A stretch of DNA of 61,708 nt, counting the filler, from Basidiobolus ranarum (Eukaryota), in assembly GCA_040143965.1 (NCBI GenBank). It is 21 parts of 21 records of this genome, joined end to end, with 100 filler letters (N's around TTAATTAATTAA, not from the genome) between each part and the next. Parts side by side here need not be neighbours in the genome. Positions count along the whole stretch, not along the records: positions 47,144 to 49,978 come from JASJQH010009810.1; positions 50,079 to 52,912 come from JASJQH010009811.1; positions 53,013 to 55,845 come from JASJQH010009812.1; positions 55,946 to 58,777 come from JASJQH010009813.1; positions 58,878 to 61,708 come from JASJQH010009814.1; 16 more parts are not named here. One strand, 5' to 3'. Position numbers and translations under genes: made by a program. The notes under the pieces were generated by a model. That model was not told where the DNA came from. It saw only the letters and a program-made list of their open reading frames with translations, and ran no database searches. Below, piece by piece: positions 48,604 to 61,708 of the stretch (the first letter of the stretch is position 1; each line of letters begins with the position of its first letter).

Positions 48604-49978
48604 GCCTGAAAGGCAAAGAATGTATTGTTAATATATAAAGATACATCTGCATGGCTATGTGAGTGTCTACTAGTTGCTGCTATTGTTCCTACTCTATCTC
48701 TTTTGCTAAAGACTCTTGAGATATTTTGTAATTTTCTCTCAGCCATATCTGTTGAGAGAGGAACTTGAATACCAGGGGCATGTTTTGCATTTTCTTTGAG
48801 ATACTTCTGAAATCCATCTGGCTTACAAATGTTTGCTAACACAAGTGAGGTTGGACAAGCAATAACTGTCTAGCATTCAATTGCTGCTACTAAGTCTCTG
48901 AGTGGATTTGTAGAAGCTTTGATATAATGTAATCCAAATCGGATTCCCAAGGTTTTCAAATCCATTGTGCATAGATTCAATTCCAGTCAGGCTTTGAATT
49001 AATCTCCGGTACTGCTTGGAGTGATACTTGGAGGCATTAACTACCTAACCTAGTGCTTGTTGTTGGACAAGTTCTACTTTGTTGCACAGATTGCTGGTCA
49101 GAGTCAACTGCGTTAGTGGGGCAGCATACTCCCGTCTGGATCTAATAAATGTTCTAAAGAGATGAAGCATGATTAAAGGAGGCCAACAAGAACCTTTGAG
49201 CTGTAGCGGCTTTAAAATATGGGATGCTTTAGCTGTGCAGCTTTCAATATAGCTTGGCCAATCAATCTCATGCTTGGTAATGGGAAGTCCCAAGTAGTAA
49301 TACATTGTTGGCATTGGGATGTTGACACCATATAAGCAGAGTTTCCATTCCTCAGAGGGTCCAACAAAGCCAGACTTTGCGATATTGATTTCCATAACAT
49401 CATCTGAGCACCATCTTGTAATGCATTCCAGTAGTTGGTTTGCATGTCCCAGGCTCTCTGCAAGAAGCATGATTTCATTGGCAAATAACAATGCTGAGAG
49501 GACTGGTCTATCAGTGTTATGAGAAGCAAGTTCTTGAGCCAGATCTTCAATATAAGCATTGAATAGGAATAGTGATAGAAGTGAACCCTGAAATAGGCCA
49601 TGAAATCTTGGAAATGGCAGAGATGTAGCCCCATTGACACTGATGGTTGAGTAACAGGAAGAAAATAATGTGAAGATTAATCTCACTAGCTGAGATGATG
49701 CTCCAAAATTTCTAAGCTTTTTTAAGAGTATTGATATTACAACTTGATTGTATGCCTGCTTAAGATCTATAAATACTCTATTTGGCCTCTGATAAAGCCT
49801 TGACAAGTGGCAAGCATCATATGAAATTATTGAGTGGGAAATAGTAGAGAAGCCCTTTCTGAAGCCTGCCTGAGAGTAATGAAAGCTTGAAAGCTGTTGT
49901 GCACCAACATACAAAGTTGTTTAACTTACGCCATATCTATACAACTTGCATGAATATCTGTTTAGTTTATCATTCTTG
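48604..49978 (-). mobile_element. Degenerate non-LTR (LINE) reverse transcriptase
   Basis: QAGFRKGFST, FIDLKQAYNQV, GLFQGSLLSLFLFNAYI, LLFANEI (decayed FADD), YYYLGLP. Confidence 0.92.
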
Positions 49979-50078
49979 NNNNNNNNNNNNNNNNNNNNNN
50001 NNNNNNNNNNNNNNNNNNNNNNTTAATTAATTAANNNNNNNNNNNNNNNNNNNNNNNNNNNNNNNNNNNNNNNNNNNN

Positions 50079-52250
50079 ACATGGGCACATTGAAAAGAGC
50101 CCGTTGTTGCAAGGGTAATATACTCTGGAGTTTCCTTAACCCATTCCATTACATCCATCATGGCTTTTGCTGATACATTGTTAATCAGATTAGCATACAA
50201 TGATACTGACAATTTTGCACAGAGCATCATTTCACTCCAGGTGCACTCCATTGGGAGCTCTCAGAATGTATAGCAAGAGCCTATAATCTCTAAGCATTGT
50301 GAAAGATGCAGCAGGGAATGCATTAAATACTGACATATATTCAGTCTATCTTCTTTAAACCTGTAATAAAGTTTTTCATATCCAATTACAAAATCTTTGC
50401 ACAGTTACTATATCTGCCTGAGATCTGCTAATGTGAGTTGATGCTGTAAGAATTTATTAACAATATGCACAAACAACTCCCAGTGTTGCCAATACTTATC
50501 AGGCAGAAATCTTTTCAAATTTCCACTTGAATATATACCAATCCAATACTTCCAGTCTTTGCATTTGAATAAACACCTATGTGAGTGGATATTAATGGGA
50601 GTCCTGGTAGAATATATTGGTATCTTGAAGTTTTCAAGAATTTTGCCAATCAATTCAAACTTTGATCATATCTTGAATGGCTCTTTCATATTGAAATCTC
50701 CACTCTATAGCTGAGTATGTAGTATTGGTATATTGTTGAATAGTAAGTGCATAGTGCCTAATGGCAAGCTCTGGCTCCAGCTGATCACCCTTAGCAATAT
50801 AATCTTAGGCTCACAGGTAATACCAAGTTTGATGTTAGACTGACTATTTGGTAAATTGATATTAGTGATCATGTTGAAATCTGACCAGGCTTTTGATGTT
50901 AAAATCTTGGAGTTTAGTGTTGTATTTGGATATTAGTAATGTGTATGCCTGATAGAGTGAACTCCATTAATTTGACAAAATCTATAGCAAGATAGTGCAT
51001 TGTGCCAGCAAAACCTCCAAGTTTACTTATGGCAGGAGTGTCACCAATACATACAATCATATTATCTTTAGTAAAATACTCACCCATCTGAACCCCATTA
51101 GATATCCATTCAAATTTGGCAATTGGGGATTGAAGAAGCTTTCTAGAAGTACTGGGGATTTAGGTCTAGATATGATGGATAATATCAAAATATTATGACT
51201 CTTATACAATTCAGAAGGAGGAAGATTTAAGTTAACTAAAATTAGTGGCCAGCAAGCCTTTTCAATGGTTATTTGTTTGGTAAGAAACCATCCAGAGCCA
51301 ATGCAAATGTATGATTGTATGTGTTCTCAAAGAAACCTTGACTTTTCAGATTTGGGTAGTGATATACATCAATTATATTGGTAATACCATGAGCTTGATG
51401 TTGAGAACTTTGGTAATGGATCAATGATCTATATTTGGGTGATTTCATCAAAACTTTAAGACAGGGAATCAATGGTATGTAAGCCAGTTATGAATGATAT
51501 TTGCCTGATTCAGTGATTGTCAATTGTGCACAAACAATACATGACTTCAGGTTTTTCAGATCACTGATGAAGGCCAAACAACCATTTGGACAGGAAGGTA
51601 GTTTTATTACTGAAGGATTATAAGTGACACAGTTGACAAGTGATTTCCACTTGTGCCAGGTCTGTGGCAAGCAACAGTTGCCAATCAACTGTGGTAAAAG
51701 TGTAAGAAAACCAATAAACACCTGGTTGCTAAGATTGTATTGAACTCTCCACTCCTCAATAATAAAAGATGCTTCCTTTACATTAGGTGTTATGAGTGGA
51801 CTCATGTTTGCCAATAACAAAGAGTCCATAACTAAACCATTGTCTTCTTCTTCAACTTCTGATATACTACCATCAGTACTGGAATAACTGATGTCAACAT
51901 CTATTAGCAAGTCCTCAAAGTTGTCTGGACTTACTAGTTTCACCAAAGATGTATTTCTACCTACATCATTCTGGTCATATAACTGTGGTAACTCCACAGT
52001 ATCTTGACTTTAGGCAGTGTTACCAAAACTTTGAGGCAAACTACTGTCAGTGGACTCAATGGGCAAAATTTAAGTTGATTTAGTGCACTTTTTACTGCTT
52101 TTATACACCAGGCTTTGTGCAGCTGGTAACTTTGTACAGTGACCATGCTTGTGATTATTTTTTCTATGAAGCCTCTGGCTTTTATTGCAGAAGAATTAGT
52201 AACAATAATAGCAAGGCTTCTCTAAACATTTTTGTTCCAGCATAAGATGG
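50079..52250 (-). mobile_element. Degenerate, near full-length Transposase_21 gene
   Basis: LPQTW, CPNGCLAF..CIVC, LALDGF, CIGDTPAISKLGGFAG, KYWIGIYS. Confidence 0.9.
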
Positions 52251-52310
52251 ATATTGTAGAAAAAAGAAAACCTCCTGTGTAAGGGTGGTATTTTAGATAC
52301 AGCCCATCTA

Positions 52311-52912
52311 CCCTAACAGAAATTTGAGGATTGTTATTGTTGGAAACTGTCAAAATTTTAATCCATTTGGGATTGACCATTTACTTACCATCATAAAATC
52401 ATCAAGTTAGATATGATTGAAATCAGTTTATTCAGTTTCAAGAGTGGAATTTCAAGATCTTGCAAAGTAGTTATGCATGATTGGCTACAATCTCAGAGAA
52501 CTATGTATCAACACATGTGCAAGAAACATAACTCCAATTTTCCACAATTACCACTTGAATTCTAATTTGTCATCTTCAAAATCCCTAGTCTCTCTGATAT
52601 ACTCTCCTTCATTTTTTCATAGATTTCTTAATACCCAAGGCTTTGCTCATACCCAAAATGCATTTTATAAATATCTCCATCAAAGCCCACCATTGTATTA
52701 ATGTTGCTGAATCAACATTCTTCCAGCTTTCTGGTGGATGCTCTGCAATATTGTGCAACTCGGTATTAAGTTCTTCCCATATATATGCACAGTCAACACC
52801 AGACTGAATGTCAAGTTGAATATTCTTCTTCTGAAGCCACTTTCTGCATCCTTGCACTGTGTTTTTCCCCTCCTACTAATGAAAATACTCCTCAGGCACT
52901 TTGACTATTTTT
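52311..52912 (-). mobile_element. DNA-transposon terminus CCCTAACAGAAAT plus accessory ORF remnant
   Basis: Same sharp boundary at 55102 and 22296 with different flanks. Confidence 0.75.
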
Positions 52913-53012
52913 NNNNNNNNNNNNNNNNNNNNNNNNNNNNNNNNNNNNNNNNNNNNTTAATTAATTAANNNNNNNNNNNNNNNNNNNNNNNNNNNNNNNN
53001 NNNNNNNNNNNN

Positions 53013-53382
53013 ATCAAGGAATATATGGGGCTTATATAGATATGGCAAGATGAAACATAATATACTTAATAGGGAATATACTGTGGCAAGTTCAAGAGTT
53101 AGGGTGTAAGGGACTAAAAGGACCAATACAAGGAGGGATGATGTATGGATGATCAGGTGACCTTCCATGGAAGGTCTTGGCGGAAATACACTATGTGTGA
53201 GATGACATGATTGGTTAGGTTTCATGGAATGTTCCAAAGAACATGATTTCCATATAAGGTAATCTGGATGAGCTGACACCAGATTGCCAAGAAGGGATGG
53301 CACTGCGGATATGCTGTCATAATTTAATAATAGAGAAGTTCTATTTGTAGTGGTTCAGTATGCCGAGATCAGAATCATGACA
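53013..53382 (-). repeat. Gypsy LTR (family of 6817), partial
   Basis: Reverse complement begins TGTCATGATTCTGATC. Confidence 0.88.
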
Positions 53383-55101
53383 ACAGGTAAGTTGGTTTAA
53401 ATCCAAGTTTGATTATCAATCAAAGTGTGGTTCTCATCAGCCATTGCAGATCTCCAAAATTTTGTGTGAGGGCAATTCAGGGCCTCTTTTACAGTCTGGG
53501 GCTCATGTATTTGAGCTGTGCAGGTATAGGCCCAATTTTGGGACTCATTGAGATAGTAATCAACGCAATTTCTTATCCAATATGATCTCCTGGCTTGGGA
53601 TTAAGGTATTACAACTTCTGGCATTGTATTAGCCACTTCAGTTGGCAAAATTTTGTTTGAAGGGTCCACAGGAATGCTATATTGTTCATTGTTTTGGTTT
53701 GAGTTGATTTGAATAATTGGATCAGGAGAAGATTGATTTTTATCATCATCTGAGGTCATTTTGGGTGAAAATATTTTACTTTCATTAAACCAAGCATCCC
53801 TGGACTTGATTAACTTGGAAACTTTGGTATCATAGAGTCTGTAGGCCTTAGTTTGAGTACAATAAGCCAGAAATATGCATTTCTTACTTTTTGGATCAAA
53901 TTTAGACCAATTTTTGGTCATAGTTTTGACATAAGCAATGCATCCAAAGATCCTCAAATTTTTTACATCAGGTTTAACTCCAAGCCAAGCTTGATATGGT
54001 GTAGAGTCAGACAGACTTCTAGTAAAACTCCTATTCTGCAGATATACAGCTGTAGCAATAGATTCCACCAAAAAGTTATGAGATAAATTTTGCGCATTTA
54101 TCATAGATCATGCCATTTCTACTATAGTCCGGTTAGCTCTTTCAGCAACTCCATTTTGTTGAGGCAAATAGGGAGCAGTAGCTTCTTGCTTAATTTCATG
54201 AACTTTGCAGAAGTGCTTAAATAGTGTTGAATTATATTCTCCACCATTATATGTAGGTAATTTCTTGATTTTAGTTCCAGTTTCAGTCTCCACAAGTGTT
54301 TTAAGATCTCTAAAGATACAGAGAGCTTCTTCTTTTCTTTCCATAAAGGAGACCTAAGTATATCTTGTATAGTCATCAATAAATCTGTATGAATATCTTT
54401 TTCCACCTAAAGTAAAATTTTGCATAGGTCCACACAAATCTGAATGAATCAGATCCAATTTTTGACATATTTGATTGAACCAGAGCTCTTGAAAAGTTGC
54501 CTGGTTTGTTTTCCATATATACAACCTCACAAACTTCCATTTTGGTTTGGGGTTAATTTATTCCAGAAATTAGGCAATTTTTGATCATTTTGCTCAAATA
54601 ATCAAATTAAATATGGCCAAATCTCTTATGCCATAATTAAATAATTTATGGATTGGAATAACTTATATTTACACATCAACCTCTTTGATTATATGTAAGT
54701 TTGTATAAGTTTTAATCCTTTTCCCCTAAAGCTAAATAATTCGCATTTTTATCAGTGATGGTGCATCCTGACTTATCAAAACTGAATTTTTGCCCTTCTG
54801 AGTTGGCCTTGCATACAGATATTATATTCTTGGCAATATCTGCAGTATGTAGTACATCCTTAAAAGTATATACTTACTCTTCAGATGCTCCAGTTAAATT
54901 GACTGGAATTGTTGCCATTCCAATAGCATTCATGTGCAGTCATCTCCCATGTAAACCTCTGTGATTGGGATTTCTTCATATTCCACAAACCAATGTTTTT
55001 CATTTGTGAAATGTTGGGAAGTTCCAGAATCAATATACCATGTCTGAGAATTCTTGTTGGTAGTCATAGATAGAGCAGATTTGAACAAGTGATCTTCTGT
55101 T
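53383..55101 (-). mobile_element. Degenerate copia protease and integrase
   Basis: WYIDSGTSQH, HSDLCGP, NGGEY, PQQNGVAERANRTIVEMA, LRIFGCIAY, KCIFLAY. Confidence 0.92.
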
Positions 55102-55845
55102 CCCTACAGAAATTTGAGGATTGTCATGGTAGGAAAATGTCACAATTTTAATCCATTTGGGATTGACCATTTACTTACCATCACAAAATTGTCAAGTTAG
55201 ATTTGATTTTAATCAAATTTTTCAGTTGCAGGAGTAAAATTTCAAGATCTTGCAAAATAGTTGCGCATGATTGGCTACAATCTCAGAGAACTATGGATTT
55301 ACACATGTGCAAAAAGTGTAACTCATATTTTACACAATTACCACTTGAACACTAATATGTCCACTTTGAAATCCCTTGACTCATTGATATACTTTCCTGA
55401 ATATTCTTATAGAGTTCTTCATACCCAAGGTTTAGCTCATACCCAATACAAGTTTGTATCAATATCTCCATCAAAGCCCAACATTGTATTAACATTGCTG
55501 AATCAACATTCTTCCAGCTATCTGGTGGATACCCTTCAATATTGTGCCACTCTGTATTAAGTTCTTCCAAGATATCTGCATGGTCAACACCAGACTGAAT
55601 GTCAAGATGGATGTTCTTCTTCTGAAGTCTCTTTCTGCAAGCTTGCACTGCATTTCTTCCTTCATACTTTTGAAGATACTCCTCAAGCACTTTGACTATT
55701 TTTGTACATCCTTGTAGTGTGACAAAACAGAGGGTGCTTTGTGGTGTGTGCAGCTTTTTGCTTGCCTCCAACTTTGGGGCTAATTTCAACACTTTGAAAA
55801 TACCAGTTGAGGTTGGAGAGCCGTGAGTTTTATTTGCTGGAGTTT
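55102..55845 (-). mobile_element. DNA-transposon terminus CCCTACAGAAAT plus accessory ORF remnant, inserted in copia
   Basis: Homologous to 52311-52912; ORF 55352-55792. Confidence 0.75.
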
Positions 55846-55945
55846 NNNNNNNNNNNNNNNNNNNNNNNNNNNNNNNNNNNNNNNNNNNNTTAATTAATTA
55901 ANNNNNNNNNNNNNNNNNNNNNNNNNNNNNNNNNNNNNNNNNNNN

Positions 55946-56350
55946 CAAAAACCTCCAAGTTTACTGATGGCAGGAGTGTCACCAATACATACAATGATAT
56001 TAGCTTTAATAAAATATTCACCCATCTGAACCCCATTAGATAACCATTCAAATTCCACATTCAAAGGCTCCAAGAAGCTATCTAAAAGCACTGGTGATTT
56101 AGGTCCAGATATGATGGATAGTTTCAAAATATTATGACTCTTATGCCATTCAGAAGGAGGGAGATTTAAGTTAATTAAAATTATTGGCCTGCAAGCCTTT
56201 CCAACAATATATTTGTTTAGCAAGAAACCACCCAGAGCCAAATCAAATGCATGATCATATGTGTTCACAGAGAAGCCTTGACTTCTCAGATTCTGGTAGT
56301 GATATCCATTAAGTATATAGGTAATACCATCAGCTTTACGGTGAGTACTT
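55946..56350 (-). mobile_element. Transposase_21 fragment
   Basis: INLNLPPSE, ISGPKSP, LDSFLEPL, CIGDTPAISKLGGF. Confidence 0.9.
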
Positions 56351-56359
56351 TTGTATGTG

Positions 56360-56643
56360 ATTAAAATAAAAACTACAAAGTTGCTATACAGGCCATGACA
56401 ATCCCTGGCTGGTTTGTGCTACAGAAAGGTGGATTAAGGAAGGTCCCAGCAACATGTGTGAAAAGTTTGGGGCTTCTAGTGCAAGTTTGAAGTCTCTATA
56501 TATCTAAGAACTACAAAGTTGGTAAAGATGTATTAAGTAAATTCTGATTGAGAACAATTGATAATATCTTAGCAAATTATAAGATAACTAAGTACTAAGC
56601 TATTTATGAATATATAGGTGTTTAGGCAATGCTAATTTCAACA
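56360..56643 (-). repeat. LTR family D, partial
   Basis: Ends ...GCTAATTTCAACA, the reverse of the start at 4156. Confidence 0.65.
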
Positions 56644-57244
56644 GATTCAATCCAGACCAAATGGATCTTACTTTTGTAAAGGTGAATCAAAAAATGCTGA
56701 AAATCAGAGACAAGGCTGAATATTCAAATGACAAGTGAGAAGATATGATGGAAGTTGTCAGAAAGCTTTCCAGAGGTAGCATTGATTGCTAGTAAAGCCG
56801 GAAAGAATAGAGGCCAGGAGTCAAACTGTCATTGATGGGCTACTATTACACTGCTAATTTGGAGTTTCTCAGGGCCAATAGCTACTGGGCAACCATTGGT
56901 CTTTTTGTGGGGCACATGAAAAATGTGCAAGCATATAATCAAGCCACAACTAAGGCTCCAACTGTGGCTAAAATCCCATCCTCAAATGAGTAACATGAGA
57001 ATATGGCTCCTGCACCTATCCAGTCAGGAAGCTTCACTAATACTGCCAAAAAGCCAGCTGCTGAAGCAAGTGCACATACCCAAACTAGATAGCAAAAGAA
57101 ACCATACCTAACATCTCTGTCCAAAAATAAAACTCAATCCCCCCAGGCAGCCAAGAGAAAACTGCAATATAAGCACAGTGGCCATTTAGAAGCTTATACT
57201 CTCAGCTCTTGGATAATGGAGTATTATGCCAAGAGGCATAGGGG

Positions 57245-58541
57245 GCAGTAGTTTCTTGCTTAATTGCATCAATTTTGCAAAAATGATTAAAAAGAGTTGA
57301 AGTATATGCTCCACTATTATCAGTATATATTTGTTGATTTTAGGTCAAGCATCAGTTGTGGCAGTTGTTTTCAAATCTGTAAAGCCAGAGAGAGCTTCTT
57401 CTTTTCTTTCTATAAAGTAGACTTAAGTGTATCTTGCATAATGATCAGTTAATGTGATTGAACATTGTTTTCCATCTAAAGATAAATTTTGCATAGGTCT
57501 ACACAACTATGAAGTAATTGGATTCAGTTCTTTGACAGATTTGATAAAACCAGAGCTCTTGAATGACTGCCTGGCTTTTTTTCTCATATACAACCATCAT
57601 AAGTTTTCATTTTGGTTGGGGGTTAATTTGAAATCCCAATATTAGGCAATTATTGAGCAATTTGCTGAAATAATGAAATCCAATATGGCTTAATGCTTAT
57701 GCCATATTCAAATAGTTTGTTGATTGGAATGACTTATAATTATACATAAATCACTTGGGTCATATGTTAATTTCTATATGGACTAATTCTTTTCTTGCTA
57801 AGCTAAATAATGAACATTTTAATCAGTGATGATGTATCCTGGCATCTAAATTGAAATATAGTCCTTCTGAAGTGGCCTTACATAAGGATATTCATTCCTT
57901 GTCTATATCTGGAACATGCAGTGAATCTTAAAAAGTACACCATTTCTCTTTAGAGGCACCACTTACGTTGATTTGAATTGCTCCTATTCAGATGGCATCC
58001 AATATATGGTCATCTCCCATGAAAACCTGTCTAATTTGGATTTCTTCACAGTACATAAAAAAATGTTTTTATTGGGTGATTCTAGGTAGGTCCAGAATCA
58101 AGGCATCACATCTGATAATCCTTGCTGGTAGTCATATATAGAGCAGATATGGACAGGTGAAGATCTGTTTTACAATATTTACAGATTCAGTATGTTTTTC
58201 TTCTCTTGATATTCTTTTTATGCCATCATTACTTCAATAGTTGGCTTGTTTACAGCAATCACACAAAATGTTACTTTTCTTCTCAAAGTGCTTTTGACTA
58301 CAATAGGTAGGTTTCCCATAACCAATTAATGCATTTTCTTCATTCTTTTAGCTGAATCCTGTTTTACATAAATCTTCATCCAGGAGTGTGCCAAATTTAT
58401 AATTCAGTGTTGAATTTTCAGTGCTAGATTCTCAAGCCTTTACTAGGCTCTGAAACTTGTGCGGCAGACTATTCAGGACTATAACTATGATATGCTGATC
58501 AAAGGTAGGTACTCCAATGCATTCCATTTCATCCACTAATA
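57245..58541 (-). mobile_element. Degenerate copia gag-protease-integrase
   Basis: Collinear with 54170-55100. Confidence 0.8.
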
Positions 58542-58777
58542 TGTTGAAGTATGTGGGAGCATACTAGAAGTGGCTAGGAGAATTAGAGGAGTTGGTGGTT
58601 TTCACTTATTGATTTATTAAGTAGAGAGTTGACATTTATAGTTTTGGCAAGATTTAAGCAAACTAATGCATATGATGTGCTGAGGAAGGTCCCAGCCACA
58701 TATGTGCAAAGCTTCAGGCTTCTAGCACAAGTTTGAAAAATCTATATATCTGAGAACTTCTAAGCAGGTAAAAATAT
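58542..58777 (-). repeat. LTR family D, partial
   Basis: Starts TGTTGAAGT; reverse of 41272-41380 and 4270-4470. Confidence 0.7.
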
Positions 58778-58877
58778 NNNNNNNNNNNNNNNNNNNNNNN
58801 NNNNNNNNNNNNNNNNNNNNNTTAATTAATTAANNNNNNNNNNNNNNNNNNNNNNNNNNNNNNNNNNNNNNNNNNNN

Positions 58878-61708
58878 TGTGAATTGAGATGAAAATTTGC
58901 TTATCATCAAAAACAACATCTCTGCACTTAATTAACTTCTGAATTTTGGTATCAAACAGTCTGTAGGCCTTAGATCCATTGCAGTAATGATGAAATATGC
59001 TTTTTCTGCTTTTGGGTTCCAATTTGGAGCATTTTTGAGCTGGAATTAGGTAATATGCTATGCAACCAAAGTTCCTGAGATCCTCCATGCCCAGTTTTGA
59101 TCCCTATAGGGCTTCAAATGGAGTATATTTATGTAGCAATCTTCTTAGGTATCTTATCTTGATATAGTCTGCAGTGGAGACAAATTCAGCACAATATTGG
59201 TAATCTAAAATTTGAACATATAACATTGATTTTTATCTCCACTGTGATTCTATTGGCACATTCTGTAACTTCTTTGTTGTAGAGTATAGGGTAAAGTGGT
59301 TTGTTGCTTAATTGTTTGTTTATAACAATAACCAGGAAAGTCTTTAGAGCGGTATTTACCAACATTCTCACACCGTACTACCCTTACTTTTGTGCAGATG
59401 CTTTCTCTACCTTTGCTTTCTAATGCTTGAATGTAGCTCAGGCTTCAGATTTTGATTTAAGGAAGAAAATCCAAAAATATCATGCTTTGTAATCAATAAA
59501 GATCATAAAGTACCTTTTCCCACCTGGTGAGATGCTTTTCATGAGAGCACATAGGTCAGAATGAATCAGGGCAAAATTCTGAGTAGATATGACTACTCCA
59601 GAGCTTTAAAATGGCTTTCAGGAATGTTTTCCATATATTCCACCTTTGGGCAGATCCAATTTAGTGATATTTTCAATTTCTGAGCCTACAACAAGTTGAT
59701 TTCAGATCATATGGGTTGGTTTATGTTTCCTACTGTGGCCTAATCTTCTATGCCATGTTTGACCGCTTACTTCACTGGTTTTAGCCAAGTTTGCATGTTC
59801 AGAGTGCAATTTGTAGATTTTTAGCTTATATAAGTTTGGAGCTTTAATCCCAGTAGATAATTTGGTTTTATCCTGATATGTAATTATTGACACCTGTTGG
59901 ATGTTTTGAAGCTCCAAAAACTGACTGTTCTGCAGTATTTTGCTAAGAATTTGTTCTCCTTAATTCCTCATTCAAAAGCCTATGATTGGTTGCTTGTTAC
60001 TATTTGAAGTTATGGCTCTGTTACCATAGAGGAAAGTGTACCCATTTGTTGATCTTGTAGCATCAAGGTTTCTTCCCCAAGTATGCATCACTGTAGCCTT
60101 CAAATTAAGGTGCTTAAGGAGCAGCAGAGGGTTCCAGAACTAGATCTAGAGTTCATTGCAAATGCCTGAGAATTGGTTTAACTGTAGTATTGTGCTCAGA
60201 TCCTAGGTTTTTGAGAATTGGTTCACAATTCCAACTGCCACAGCAATATCTGGATATGTTTTGAGTCAATTTCAGCCAAATCAGATGAAATTTTGATTAA
60301 TTTTACACCAGGAGCCACTTGTGTTGAATACAGGCTGGCTATTCTCCATGTTGAAGCATTTAGGTTGTTTAAGATGTTTTTAGACTGATTCAGCATGATT
60401 TTCCAAATGTGATTATTTCACTTAATATGAATTCCAAGAAAATAACTTAATTCACCAATATCAGTCTTCTGAAATTGGATTAATAAGCTACTTTTCATCT
60501 GATTAAGTAGTTCTAGATCATTTGCAGCTATGATCAAGTCATGCACATACAGTGACAAGAAAAGGATCCTATTTATGGTTGTTTTGACCTCAAACTGGGA
60601 TATGCTCTGCATTTTTTGGATTCCAGTGTTTCCAAACAGGTATTTTTCTTGGTGTACAATGCCCTGGGTGCTTGCTTCAGGCCATATAGTATTTTTTGCA
60701 GCTTACAGACTGTATAAGGGTGTTTTGGGTCAGCAGATCCATCTGGCAGCTCCATATAGATTGCTTCTTCTATATTTCCAGTCAGACAGGCTTTTTTGAC
60801 ATTCTTTTGATATATTTCAAGGTTATAGATGACTGAGAGTGCCAGGTTTGATCTAAACAAGCTAAGTGTAGCAACTGGAGCAAAAAACTCATGAAAATCA
60901 ACTCCTGGAGTCTGGGAATAACTTTTGCAACTAATCTTGCTTTGTATCTTTCTATGGTTCCATCAGCTTGCCTTTGACTTTGTAGACCCATTTGCACCCT
61001 ATTGGCTTTCTCCCTGATGGCAGAGGACTTAAGTTAATATTTTATTGTCCTGCAGTGAAGAAAACTTGTCAGACATTACTTTTTGCAATAATTTTTGATT
61101 CTGCACACTCCAGAGCTTGATTTAGTGACTGTGGCTTGGCACAAAATGCTGCATAAGTATTTGCATCATCATTAAAAGTGTTCTACCAGTCATCTGGCTT
61201 CATTTTTCCTTCTGGTTTAGCTTCTGGGTTGTGAATCATCTTCCATTATAATTGGAAATAGAACTTTAGTTGAACAGGGCTCAAATACAGCTGGAATTTT
61301 GTCAGTCACTACCTGAATAGTGCTGATTGTGTTTTCTGACTGCACAAACAGTGATTTGTGGTGAAAAATTTGCTTTTTCATTAAAAATCACATTTCTGCA
61401 CTTAGTAACTTCTGATTGTCAGGGTATCCATTTGATGTATTTTTAAGCTGTGCTTTGCTGCTACTGCTAGTATGGTTCTTAGGTGTTTTGCTGCTACTGT
61501 TAGTACAGTTCTGGTGGAATTAAACTTTGCTACAGGAGCAAAAGTTACATTGTAGTTCACTCCTTCCATTTGAGAGTATCCTTTAGCCACAAGTCTGGCT
61601 TTATATCTCTCTACAGATCCATCAGCTTGCTGCTTAACTTTAAACACCCATTTGCATCCAATTGATTTTCGGTCATCAGGTAACTTAACCAAAGTCCAAG
61701 TTTGGTTA
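58878..61708 (-). mobile_element. Nested degenerate copia integrase and RT fragments
   Basis: [25 protein letters not shown] (twice), [20 protein letters not shown]. Confidence 0.92.

Noticed and set aside
56644-57240. Possible LINE ORF1 or gag remnant
   Set aside because: CpG-depleted and repeat-like, but no diagnostic motif, so left unassigned.

Overview
This window is not one locus. It is 21 unrelated small contigs of about 2.83-2.86 kb, in decreasing size, joined by artificial 100-nt spacers (44 N + TTAATTAATTAA + 44 N), so neighbourhood arguments hold only within a contig. The DNA is eukaryotic and fungal-like (short 53-85 nt GT-AG introns with CTAAY branch points). An early-diverging fungus such as Basidiobolus is my guess, not shown by the sequence. 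About two-thirds is nested, decayed, CpG-depleted transposon DNA: several Ty1/copia families and their LTRs, a chromodomain Ty3/gypsy, Transposase_21 (CACTA/EnSpm) elements, a non-LTR reverse transcriptase and a MITE family. Host genes, mostly partial: tRNA-Thr(AGT), AIP1/WDR1 3' part, a possible MRE11 C-tail, gamma-glutamyltranspeptidase, an A-T-TE-type NRPS-like enzyme N-terminus, a close homologue of Dictyostelium DdCAD-1, pyridoxal kinase, a DUF6593/LURP-like protein, and secreted low-complexity proteins including a tandem array of three Gly/Asp/Tyr/Lys/His-rich genes. Best leads: (1) a 282-bp LTR-like mobile unit carrying a tRNA-like Pol III cassette, present in two copies; (2) the DdCAD-1-like gene in fungal gene architecture; (3) the NRPS-like gene near GGT; (4) a non-coding 84-bp array that appears linked to a GGACTTGTTC-TIR MITE family.
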